From the human T2T-CHM13v2.0 reference genome, Homo sapiens, in NCBI RefSeq assembly GCF_009914755.1, contig NC_060929.1: a DNA stretch of 64,000 bases; one strand, written 5' to 3'. A program made the position numbers and the translations under genes. Positions 31,895 through 43,803 of the stretch are shown piece after piece. A model generated the notes under the pieces. That model saw nothing but the letters and a program-made list of their open reading frames with translations, had not been told where the DNA came from and searched no databases. Numbering within the stretch: position 1 is the stretch's first letter; every line of letters begins with the position of its first letter.

Positions 31895-32246
31895 GGTTGG
31901 GTGTGGTGGCTCATGCCTGCAATCCCAACACTTTGGGAGGTCAAGGTGGTAGGCTTGCTTGAGCCCAGGAGTTAGAGACCAGCCTGGACAACGTAATGAG
32001 AACTCGTCTCTACAAAAAACAAACAAAAAATTAGCAGGGCACAGTGGTGCATGCTTGTAGTCCTGGCTACTCAGCTACTCTGGAGGATGAGGTGTGAGGT
32101 TTGCTTCTGCCCGGGAGATTGAAGCTGCAGTGAGCTGGACAGCACCACTGTACTCCAGCTTGGCTGACAGTGTAAGACCCTGCCTCAGTGAAAAACAAAC
32201 AAGCTTGGGTGACAGTGTGAGACCTTGTCTTAGTGAAAAACAAACA
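31895..32246 (+). mobile_element. AluJ with tandemly duplicated 3' terminus
   Basis: Dimer; a 45-bp unit at 32157-32201 is repeated at 32202-32246. Confidence 0.85.
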
Positions 32247-32297
32247 AAATAGCCTGGAGAATATGGATTTTATTGAAGGTATGTGAAGAAAGCAAAG

Positions 32298-32539
32298 AGG
32301 GAGGTCAAGGGGAGAGGATAGCTTGAAGCCAGGACTTTGAGACCAGCCTGGGTAATACAGCAAGATCCCCATCTCTAAAAAAAAAAAAAAAAAAAAAAAA
32401 AAAGCAAAAAGAAAATTAGCTCAGTATGGCGGCACATGGCTGGAATCCTAGCTACTTGGGAGGCTGAGATGGGAGGATCCCCCCAGAAGTTGGAAGTTAC
32501 AGTTAGCAGATTGTGCCATGCCTCTGTACTCCAGCCTGG
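32298..32539 (+). mobile_element. AluJ fragment truncated at both ends, long central A-run
   Basis: GGGAGGTCAAGG through an ~27-A linker to TACTCCAGCCTGG, then L2 resumes. Confidence 0.8.
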
Positions 32540-33654
32540 TGGAGGAATCAGCTGTGAAAATGTTGCTGGAGGTCAAGTGAATTGAGGACTGTATTAATGA
32601 TTGGATTTGGCAAGGTGGAAGTCATTGTCTTCAATAAGACCAATTTTAGTGGAGAGGTGGAAATTAAAAGCCTCCTTAGAGTGGATTGAGAGAGGGAGAG
32701 AGTGGGTTGAAAAAGAGGAGGCAGGAAGTATAGTAATCCTTTGAGGAGTTTTGCTCCAAAGGGGAGCAGAGAAATGGAGCAGTAATTGGAAGTGGAATGA
32801 ACACAAAGGAGAGGTTTTGTTTTGTTTTGTTTTGCTTTTTAATAAGGAAGTATTACAGTATGCATATATGCTGCTGGGAATGATCCCATAGAAAGGGGTA
32901 AAATTGAAGATGTAGGGCAGAGAGGGAATAACTGTTATAGCAAAGAGAGGATGGAATCAGTATCAAGTGGAGAGTTTGGGCTTAGGTAGGATTAAGTATG
33001 GCTTATTTTTTGTCATTGGGATGTGTCACAGTATACAGTACAGTTGAAGCCAGGTTGATAAAGTTGCTGATAAGAAAATGAGGCAATTTTGTATTAATTG
33101 CTTTTAGTTTCTTAGTGAAATAAGAAATAAGGACACTGGCTGTGGGATTAGCTGTGGTGCTTTCCTAGGGTAAGGTAGACAGTCAGTTTGGATAATGTGA
33201 GGAGCGTAAATAGACCACTGGATTTGGAAAAGTGGAGGTCATTGGTGATGTTGGCCAGAGCCTTCTCTGAGGCAGTTTGTAGGGGTGAGGCGGGTAGTGT
33301 TGAGGCTGGGGAAGGAACTATCCCTCCAGGAGCAAGGGCTCTGTGCACCTCTCTAATATGTTGATGGCAGAATTAAGGCTGGAGGAGGGGGCAGGTGCTG
33401 GTGGTGACAGCAGTGGTTGAGGATATTACCAATGAGAGAAATTGGCAGAGGAGAGTTCTTTTTCTGATCTGGTTCTTAAGTTGTAAGATGTAAGTCTGGT
33501 ACTTTGCACACCTACTTGGAAGAAGGCAGACTCTAGAAGGGGAGAATAGCGCCAATACTCAGAGGCAAGCAATGGAGAGAGAGAGTTTTGGAGGCCTCAC
33601 TTGAACTGCTGGATCCAGGGGAGCCCTAGCTTTATCCTTCCATCGATTTCAAGT

Positions 33655-34090
33655 TGTGGGAATAAAGACCACTCAAATGAGAACAAGCAAAGACTATTTG
33701 TTCAGTGCTTACAAAGGAGCCAACTACCATCATTTGTGTTTGGCAGAGACTCACAGGCAGGCAGAGGAGTGGGAAAGCTTTACAGTGGAAAAATGACTTC
33801 CTGATTGGAAGTTGCTGGCATGGGGAAACTGGAGGCAGGCTAACTAGAAGTGGGGCCTCCTTTGAGGTTGGCTAGGGGAACATATACATACACATATTTT
33901 TTTTCCTGGTTGATCCTAAGTTGGAAGCAGGGTCAAAGAAGGAAAGCTGGAAGTTATTGAACAAATGTTGAATATTTTGGGCTGATTGCTGCAGAGGTTG
34001 TGGTTTGGCTTTCTAGGATGGTTGCTGCAGAGGTTGTAAATCAGAGTTCATCTTTTATGTATGATCTGTTTGTATATTCAGTCTCTTACA
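33655..34090 (-). mobile_element. Old LTR-like element (family unassigned)
   Basis: TG...CA bounded, ~435 bp, with an internal repeat TTGCTGCAGAGGTTGT. Confidence 0.4.
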
Positions 34091-34960
34091 GCTGTATGTT
34101 CTTTTTTTTTGCTTAAGTTACTCTGTGTTGAGTATTTGTTGTTTGCAATTGAAGGAGTCCTGTCCTTCAATAGAGAGACAGAGTTTGAGCATAATTTGAA
34201 AATGAGTCTGCAGATGGAAGCCTGGGTGAGTAAGCAAAAGAAACCCCACAGAGGCTAATCAGCACATTTGAACACCTACTTTCTGCCAGAACCCTACATA
34301 AACCATCTCATTTAATTCTCAACAACCTATGGTTTAAACCTCTTCGCTTTCAGATGGAGAAAGGGACTCATAGTGGGCAAGTACGTTGCCTCATGTGGCA
34401 AAGACAAGGATTCAGTCTTGTATTTTGAGGTTGAGTATCTGCTCTCAGGTTGTGTTACTTTGGATCAAACAGGAAATGGATTTTCCTCCTTCAAGGTCAC
34501 CCACAACACCTACATATTATCTTTATGTTTACTTCATTCTATATACGGGGTCCCCATGAACATGTGTTCACACATCCCTTGAGGCTGATTCACTGGACCG
34601 ATGTCCACTTTGTGATCATGCCTTTTAAAAGAGCAGTTGTGATTTGGATGAAAACTTAATTTTGAATCCAGAGATTTTCTCATCCTCATAATATTATTTT
34701 GAAAATCACACAGTGTTCAAAAATGAGTTATTGATGTTAACAATGATTATGATGGATAATTAATTCTGCTATGCAAGTTGATCAATAAAACTCACATCTT
34801 GCAGCCCAAAAGAGATCATGTCTTGATGTTAGTAGGTATATATTAAAATAAATAAACAAACAATAAGAAAACAAATGATCTCTGCGTTATTGAAGGAATG
34901 TTTGGTGGGAAAGTTATTTTCAAATGTCCAGAAAAAGTCAATGGGGCATTAGGGCATTAG

Positions 34961-35246
34961 GGCCTGTAATCCCAGCAGTTTGGGAGGCCGAGGCAGGCAG
35001 ATAGCTTGAGCCAGGAGTTTGAGACCAGCCTGGCAACATAGTAAGATCTCATCTCTATGAAAAAGAAGCAAAATTAGCCAGGCATGGTGGTGCATACCAG
35101 TAGTCTCAGCTACTCAGGAGGCTGAGGTGGGAGGATCGCCTGAGCCCAGGAGGCAGAGGCTACAGTGAGCCAAAATTGCTCCAGTGCACTCCAGCCTGGG
35201 TGACAGAGTGAGACCCTGTCTCAAAAAAAAAAAAAAAAAAAAAAAA
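34961..35246 (+). mobile_element. AluJ, slightly 5'-truncated
   Basis: GCCTGTAATCCCAGC through an A24 tail, preceded by GGGCATTA x2. Confidence 0.92.
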
Positions 35247-36020
35247 GTATGTCCCTTTGGATGGCTGTGGGGTAGTGAGAGAAACGATCTTTATGAGGGT
35301 GGGAGAGTTCAGTAGAACCAATTAGAAATTGCTTGGTCTAATTTGAGGGCCCTTCTCTCCACTAGAGCCAGGTTGCTTTGCCTTAGCCAAAAAAGAGTCT
35401 GCTTTTTTCCCCCTCTATGGTTGGCTAGGAAAGTTCACTGCTTTCTGGATCTGGATGGAATAAATAAAACAAATTCACCTTTCCTCTTATGTAAGATCCT
35501 TGTTCAGAACTCAATTTTTCACTTATTTCATATTTCCCCCTTTCTATCATTCTCCCTTAGAAACTTGTTGCAAAACTAACATGCTTATTATGTGCAGGTG
35601 ATAAAATTATTGATGTTCCTAATAAGGCACTCTTAGTCTGTAAGACATACAGGACATTTCTTTTAAGATTTGTATGCATGATAGACTTTAGTCGTTTGGC
35701 ACATCAAAACGTTATAGGAGGGGGAGAAGAGACGCACCTGGATGGTTATAATCGTCTGCAGGGTGATCCAGGTTCTCAGACCTTGTGAATTTGTTGTGGT
35801 CCATCATGTGTGAATTTGGTTAGCACCTCATTAATTTATTAAAGCCAAAGAACAAAAAACCAAATAAAATAATGGCTGTGTTCCCGGAAAAATTTTCCAC
35901 AGATGGCTAAGTGAGTCTAGTAAACAAAATAAAACAAAACAAAAATCAAGGGTATCATTTGACTTGTCTGTTGATAGTAGCCTCTAAAATTTTATATTTC
36001 CTCTTTAATGCTTTGGAGAT

Positions 36021-36072
36021 AGAATGAATAACCAGCCAATGTTTCAGAATGAATAACCAGCCAATGTTTCAG
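36021..36072 (+). repeat. Perfect 25-bp tandem duplication
   Basis: AGAATGAATAACCAGCCAATGTTTC x2, followed by AG. Confidence 0.95.
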
Positions 36073-37538
36073 TAATGCTCAGTATTGGTTTTAGCAGTCG
36101 TCAAAGTAGCCATTTTGTGGTAATGGACAACCAGGAGACTTTACTGGGTTTTGTCTGCTCAAAGCCACAGTGGCTTCTTCTGGGGAGATTTTACCTGATG
36201 ACCACCTGGGTAGAAGTGATTTCAAGATGGTGACATGTAAGCTTCCGTGTAAAGGGTAAATATTGATATTTTTCTTGCAGTGAACAACTTAGTGGCTTGT
36301 TTTAAAAATTATGAATTTTTTGTACATACAAGAAAATATTGATAATATAAAGACTAGCAAAATAGCACTCATGTATTCAATATTCAGCATAAAAACTAGA
36401 ACATTACTGATAAGAATTAGCTCCTTCCATGTCAATTTTTCACCCCAATCTCATTTCTTTTCCATTCCACACACCTCCCCAGGAGACCACTATCCTCAAG
36501 TCTGTATTTATTATTACATCGATTTTCTTTATATTTTCCCACATATGTATCATTTGTAAACAATATATTATTTAGTTTTGCATTTAAAAAGTTTTATACA
36601 ACAATATCTATTTTCTATAATTTTCTTTCCCACCTCTCGATACAATGTTTGTCAGATGGTGTTTGTTGATCATTCTGGGATGTGTACATCAAGGGCTATG
36701 AACTCCATGGAGAGGGCCAGAAGCAGATACACAGATGACTGAAGTTTTGGAAAACAGAATCTAGGAGAAAAGAATAAAGGTATTGGACTGATATATATGC
36801 AAACTAAAAGGTGGTTGGCAAGATATGTGTGTGTGTGTGTCTATACATAACAAGTGCTTTTATAATGGATTGTTTTAGTTTTAAAATGATTTTACTCTTG
36901 ATCTGTATTAAATCAAGTCAACTCATGTAGTATCCTAGCAAATACTCTATCTCAAGTAATATTCAAGACTATAGATCTTCTGAATCACACTCAAGAAGCT
37001 GACGATATGCATTTGGCAGTTTCCAAGAAACAGTGGTCAAACTATAATAAAATTTTAATGTATCAGTTAATATTTACCGAGCACCCCTCTTGCAGCTAGC
37101 ATTGGACTAGGTGCTTAAGGACAAGTAGTTTGACTCAATAAATTAAAAAAATACACACTTAAGGTTTATTCTTTACAGATTCATGGTAGTTTTATTTAAG
37201 TTTCTACTGCTGAGAAATGTGAGGTTTTGTTGTTGCTCTTTCAGTCCCCAAAACTCCATTTTGAGTTCTCCAGGCTTTGGTGGAATTTCAGGTATTATCA
37301 GATCTGGTGGGTGGGACCTGTTTACCAATTCAGCCCCTTGTGCACATGGCCAGGAGGCTGGCTGCAAGCATTTTCAGATGGACAGAGACATGCCTCAGGC
37401 ATTGTCAGTGGGTGTGAAATGCACAGGAGCTGGGCAGCAGGCCAGAGGGTGGGTGGAAGTTTGTAACTGATTATTATAAGACTCTGAATTCAAGCAGACC
37501 TAGATTCAAATCCTACTTTCACCACTGCAGGGGAATTC

Positions 37539-37541
<3 letters not shown>

Positions 37542-37596
<55 letters not shown>
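37542..37596. repeat. (TA)n microsatellite
   Basis: About 27 perfect AT units. Confidence 0.98.
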
Positions 37597-37601
<5 letters not shown>

Positions 37602-38578
37602 GCCTCTGGAAAAAGTAGGGTGAAAATCATTCTGAAAAAGTTTAGGTTAAGATATTGAGTATGGTTTGGATTTGAGTGGTTTATTTTGAATAAATTAAAT
37701 CTCACCTACCTCACAGAATCTGTTGTGGAAAGATTGTTCAGAATGAAAATATTTTGTCCTGGGGTCTTGGTAGGATGTTTGGGGCGAGGTGAGGTGGGCA
37801 CAAGTGGTGGGATGAAACATTAAATACATTTCCTTCCCTTTTTCTCCTTTGACTTCTTTCTTTTTTAAATGCGTCTAGTAATAAGAGCTCGATTCAACTG
37901 GACTTGGTGGATGAGTTAAGGAAAATCTGGATGTGCCCCAGTTCATGTTTCTCTGGCTAGTTCATTGATTTCATTTACAGGAACCACATACTCACCATGT
38001 GATCCTTGTCAAGTGTCTTGCCTTTTCAAAGACTTAGTTTTGTCATCTGTAACATGGAGATCTTATCTGAATTGTTACCGTGACAAATGAGATGATACAT
38101 GTGAAAATGCTTTGTCCATAGTTGGGCTATTATTACTATTATTATTATTTCTATGACTTATTTTAAAGTCTCAATTCAGGAGTCATTGAACTATGGAAGT
38201 CTTCCCTGACTTTTCTCTGTCCCCCATTGGGACAGATCGTCTTCTCAAATCTTTTATGTGATGTGTCTTTTAAGCACTTAGTGGGTTGTTTTTTAATTTT
38301 TATTTTTTTACATTCATTGTTTATGTCATTTGTAGTGCAAAGCTTGCTTACTGGTTGTCTTTCTCACCAGACTGTGAGTTCCTTGAAGGGAGCAATAGTA
38401 CCCAATCCCATATCCAGGATATCAAGCTACTCAATAGTTTTTGCTGCATGAATGATAAAAACTAATATTCTGTAAGATATGAATATTATATTTACTAAAT
38501 ATGAACTCAAAAGATGCTCTCATTTTCAAATAATTTATGAGTGGCAGTTTGTTAACATTTATTTAGGGTCTATGTGGT

Positions 38579-38710
38579 TATTTATTTATTTTTAGATATA
38601 GGGTCTCACTATGCTGTCCAGGCTAGCCTCAAACTCCTGGGCTCAAGTTATCTTCCCACCTCAGCCTCCAGAGTAGCTGGGATTACTGGTGCATGCCACC
38701 AATCCTGGCT
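38579..38710 (-). mobile_element. FLAM / Alu monomer
   Basis: GGGTCTCACTATGCTGTCCAGGCTAGCCTCAAACTCCTGGGCTCAAG; single arm. Confidence 0.85.
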
Positions 38711-41367
38711 TATGAGCTGTTAACTCTCCTAAACACTGGAACCAGAGAGCATCAGGCCACACAGTAGCCTTGCATCATCATGAATGGGGAATCAAAATAA
38801 GACACAGAATACAACACTGGGACAATATATATCACCCTCAAAGAGTGGCTAATGCACAACAATGAAAACAACAAATTAGGGCTCAAAATACTCTTCAAGT
38901 GAAAACATCTATCTGCATTTTCTAAAAGTCTGAAAGTTTTAAAACTTGTATTATTAGTTTAATTGAGAATCTGTTAAACAAATCTGGGGGAATCATTCTC
39001 ATCTCTGATGAATTGCTTCTATGATCCCCAATCCAACAGGATAGCTGTAGATAGGAGGAAAATGCTTACCAAAAGAAGGCATTTTAAAACCCATTTTTGG
39101 CCACCCTTTTCACAAGTGCTTAGACTCTTCCTTTTTAAAGAACAAAGACCTGAAGCTCAAGGTGGTTCACAAATTTATCCAAGAAAATTTTCAGAGTGGC
39201 AAATTATAGTTTCAGGTTTTACATTATTTTTCTTAATTTGATTAAAAAGTTCCAGTCTGTTCTAATGTTCCTGGGCCCCCAGGCATGATGGCCCTTGGAG
39301 GGTCCTGGAGCATCTGCATCTGGTGTTATTAGCGGGGTAAGATACTCTAGGCCATAAGTCACAGTTAAAATGTTCCTTACAATTAGAAACTGCCTTTGTG
39401 TGATTTTTTTGGGGGGGTTTAACCGAATGGCCCTGGAATATGGGTCCACTCTCCCTTTTGGATTGATTTTCTCTGTTTGAGCCTGATAACTGTCTTGAGC
39501 AGGAAGAGGAGGAAGGGGAACCAGCCACCTGTAGAAATGAGTTTAGGTCCTATTTACATAGCAGGTCAACAGCATGAAGTCCAAGGGGAACTCTAGCAGG
39601 GTCAGTGAGATAGGTGGAGAACCTAGCTGGTCTGTTTGTTTTTCCACAAAACATTCCAGGAGCAAGACAACATCCGCTGAGGAACAGCATTAATAAGTGG
39701 CATCTTTCATCAGAAGCACTCAAAGCATTCATGAAGACTTACTCATTGAGCTGTGAGCCACACCTATGTTGTATCTGTGGCTCACTTAAAGATTAAGAAA
39801 CCAAATTCCTCCAAGTTTGACCCTGTGGCTGAAAGGGAGGCTGGGGAATGAACAGACACAGACCCCAGGTTCCATATCTCACTCCAAATTAACCTGGCAT
39901 AGAATGGGATGTCGAGAAATGACAGTGAGCACCATTGTTATCACTATGACATCAATTGACCCTTATTTTTGGGTATGAGGATTCTACACAGTGAGGAGGC
40001 AGAGTTTCTGCTATAGGAGCTTCTGATCAGTTTGGGAGTTTTGTCTCATGTGCAAAAACCGAGAAGTACGTGAATCTACCCTATGTTAGGTGCCAAATAC
40101 AAAAATAAAGATAGGAAGTTCAGAGGTGGAGCCACCACCCAGGCTGTGGTGGGCAGTGGAAACTTCACAGAAAAAGACCTTGAGTTGGACTTTGAAGAAA
40201 GATAGGATTCGTGCATGCAGGAGGTGTGGGAATGTGATTTTCAGTCTGAAAGACAGGAAGGAGATTGGGGAATGCATGGAGTAATTGGGGGTACTAGAGA
40301 CACCAAACTGTGGTGGACCAGCTGGGTGGAAGATCCCCTGCAGGGATCCGTGGAGTGTCAACCTCACCGGTTTTTAGAGTCTGTGACCAAGGGAACAAGT
40401 TCCCTTTTGTCTGAATTCTGTGACATTTAATTTGCTTCAGTCAGAGGTAAACATCTGACCCTGCCTGGCAATCCCTTCCTAGGTTGTTATGATGACCAGT
40501 CAGAGGTTCAATTTTGCCACCCAATTTCTTACTGATCAGAATTCCAACTAGAGATGTAGTTCCCTCACTGTTTCCTCCTTCTGAACAGTGAAATTGTTCT
40601 TGCCTGCAAGAAGTAGCCTGAAGCAAACTGGGACAGTACAGTTTTGTGAAAATCAAAAGAAGAAAGGATATTAAAAAGGAGAGAATGGTCAACAGTTTTC
40701 ATGGATGTGGAGAAATCAGGGAGAATCAGGTTAGATGTGTCTAATCTTCTATGGTCAGTAAAGTAGAACCACATATTAGCTTCTTCTTGGATTAAGGGAG
40801 AGCAGATACTGTGAGTCAGCCATTGCCAGCTCTCCTTCACAAGCTTGAATACACTCTCCTATGATTCCTGTTTATGTGATTAAGACATTTAACTATCATC
40901 TAGACATATGTTAAAAATTAAACTCAGCTGTGATTTTCCCTCCCCCGAGATGCATAAAACTGGTGTATGTGTTCTGTAGGATTTTATTATGTTAAAGCAT
41001 TACTGCCGCCTCTTATTAAAATTGAGTGCCTTATTTTGATATTAGGCAGAGGAGTTTGACGGATGTTAACATTCTAAGAGAAATTTGTGGGAAACAATTT
41101 TGAGGTTGAAATATTGATGCAACTGATACTAATTGCTAACATCCCAGTAAAGCTCTTAAGAATCTATTTGTATGGAAATTGAAAAGGACCATCAAATGGA
41201 AGAAAGACCCAATTTATTTGGAAGTTTTAGAAAGTCCAGTAATAAAGAAATGATTTGATAAGGGAAGTAGAAGAAAGGCAAAATGAGCAGATTACTTTGA
41301 AAATATTAAATTGTAATAGAAAAACATTAAAGAAAAAAATGATACAAATCCTACCACAGTATCATAG

Positions 41368-41568
<201 letters not shown>

Positions 41569-42187
41569 TGAAAGTATCCTGTCCTTGCCTTACCAAGTTT
41601 TAAATCCAAATCTTGCATTTTTCAGAAACACTGTTGCAACATGGGAGACAAAATGAAGTATTTTGCATCATTTTATGCTGCGTGACTTCAGGCATGCCTA
41701 ACACATGTCACTATTCCTACTTAGTCTTCATGATTATCTTTTGAAATTACTCTATAATATTTCAGTAGGGGTTTCTTCTCGTTTCTTGCATCTGGCCACT
41801 GACTTCTGATTCTCTCTGGATGGTTATCATCTTGCAGTCTAGAGGTAGAGGCAGTGGGAACTTTGTTTAGGATCTTGAAGATACTTGCTTGTAGATGTTC
41901 TTGCCAGGGGTACGCTGTCACTGGGTGTCTCATGCCATCCTCAGGCTGGGGGTGATAAAGGAACAAGAGGAGCAGCGCTGTAGAGTGGGAGAGAAGGGGG
42001 AGAGGTGGAAGGCTGGGGTAGATGACTTCCCCACCCAGCCCTGCCCTGACTCTTTCTTCCTTGGCTTTCTCCTTCTGCCCATATACAGTCCTTCTCTGCC
42101 TCCATCATAGCTTATCCTCTCTTTTGTTCCGGTTCCTTCTTCTGCCTCTCTCTCCAGGGACCTCCCCTGAGCTTGCTGTAGTTTAGA

Positions 42188-43190
42188 GATTCTCAACCCT
42201 GTCAATGCCTACCCTTTAAAACATATTTTGTAATGACCCCTTTATCCTGAAATGAAATTTGTAGGTTATAGATTCTCAACACATATAATTTAAAAATTAA
42301 TCTAATAGTCTAGTTGTAATATAAAGAAGAAACAAAAGGAAACCACTGTAAAATAAAATGATGTAAATGCTCAGGCACAGCTGTATTAGAAGTCATATAG
42401 AAGGAAACAGATGTTGGCACATAATGAATACGCTTGTCAGAGAAGCAGACAACATTCGACTGGATATTGTTGATACTTAAAAATATATGTGACAGTGTGT
42501 AATAAGGGCTAGAGAAACACGGCACCTTCTTATCCAGGCATCTGTGTTCGGGTAAGCAGTCTGTGCTGCATCAGGGCACCTGGCAGAGGGACCAGTGGTT
42601 GATGCAGCTCTTGCTTTTCTTTCAAAGCTGTGGGCCCCTGGGACTTTGTCTACTGGAGCCTTCTTAAAATGGTCACAAAGCATCTACATAAGTGACTGGC
42701 TGTCCTGGCATGCCCCGTCCCCACACATGCACATACACATATACATATGTGCACTTAGATTAACAGTGGAGTGAGCCCTACAAAATGCAGAGTAATACAT
42801 GTGTGCTATTTTCATGACTCAAATACTATGAAAGTTGTTGCTATTTGTGACATAATCTTCTGAAATGAATAATTTTTGGTATAGTTGGGAATAAAAGCAA
42901 GCACAATCTTCCCTGGATTTATGTGGTAGTTGTATTCCTGGAAAACTAAATGTATACGCAAACATTACAAAAATATTTATATAAAATAGAGTTAGATTCT
43001 AGGCTCAGATAATTAGAAACAGATTTTTTTCATTTTAATTCAACAGTCATGGTGACCCAGAAAAATTCTTAGTTTTCAGGGGTTAGCATCCCTGACTCCT
43101 GCTCATTAAATTCCAATAGCACCCCCAGTCATTGTGACAATCGAGAACACCTTTTTAGAGTATGATAAAACTTCCATTGAAAATCACCTA
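42188..43190. mobile_element. Possible hAT-Charlie fossil
   Basis: ATTCTCAACC...ATTGAAAATCAC TIR-like ends and a MER20-like GCACCCCCAGTCATTGTGACAA near the right end. Confidence 0.35.
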
Positions 43191-43803
43191 TGTATTGAAG
43201 AGAAAGCTGAATTCTCAGTTGGGAAACCTGGATCTAAGTTTTATCTTCCTCCAGCTATTATTTCTGGGTGAACAGGAATAGTGAGTTTTTTATGGTGCTG
43301 CACTTCCTGATTGGTCTCCGGGAAGGGATGCTTGAATGGGAGCTGATCTTGTAGGGAGAAACCCTCCACCCTGTTCTCTAAAAAACAGTGGCACAGTGTT
43401 CTTGGCCTAGTATGCATGCCTCTCCCCCTTTTATAGAAAATGCACAGCCTTTTTTTTCTTTTTTTTTTAAATGAGTCTCTTCTCCACTCCAGCCATGAGA
43501 CTCTCATGCGGCCTCTCAGGAACACAGTGTATAATGCATACCACAGTGCAGGATTCCAAGCAGTACCCTGCCCTCCTACCCACAAAAGTGAACGTTGCAC
43601 CCAGTCTGAGCTAATCAGAGATCTTCCCTGGGAGTTTTTTACATTGAAGTTGATGGAGAAAAACTCTTTCTGCTCTGGGGTTGATGTTGGGTAATATAAG
43701 TCCAGAAGCTTCTGGCAACCGTACTTCTAGCTTGTGAGGAAAGTTTGAGTGAGAGAACAAACCTGATAAGGGGAAGAAGCAGAAAAGAGAGAGATACTGA
43801 TAT

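Larger units (their letters stand above)
30720..33300 (-). mobile_element. Long degraded L2 with several nested Alus
   Basis: Motifs GTTAAGTAGGCAGTTGGATATATAAGTTCAGAGCTCAGGGGAGAGG and TTGGATTTGGCAAGGTGGAAGTCATTG. Confidence 0.65.

Noticed and set aside
36021-36072. CRISPR-like direct repeat
   Set aside because: Only two abutting copies with no spacer, in a primate genomic context.
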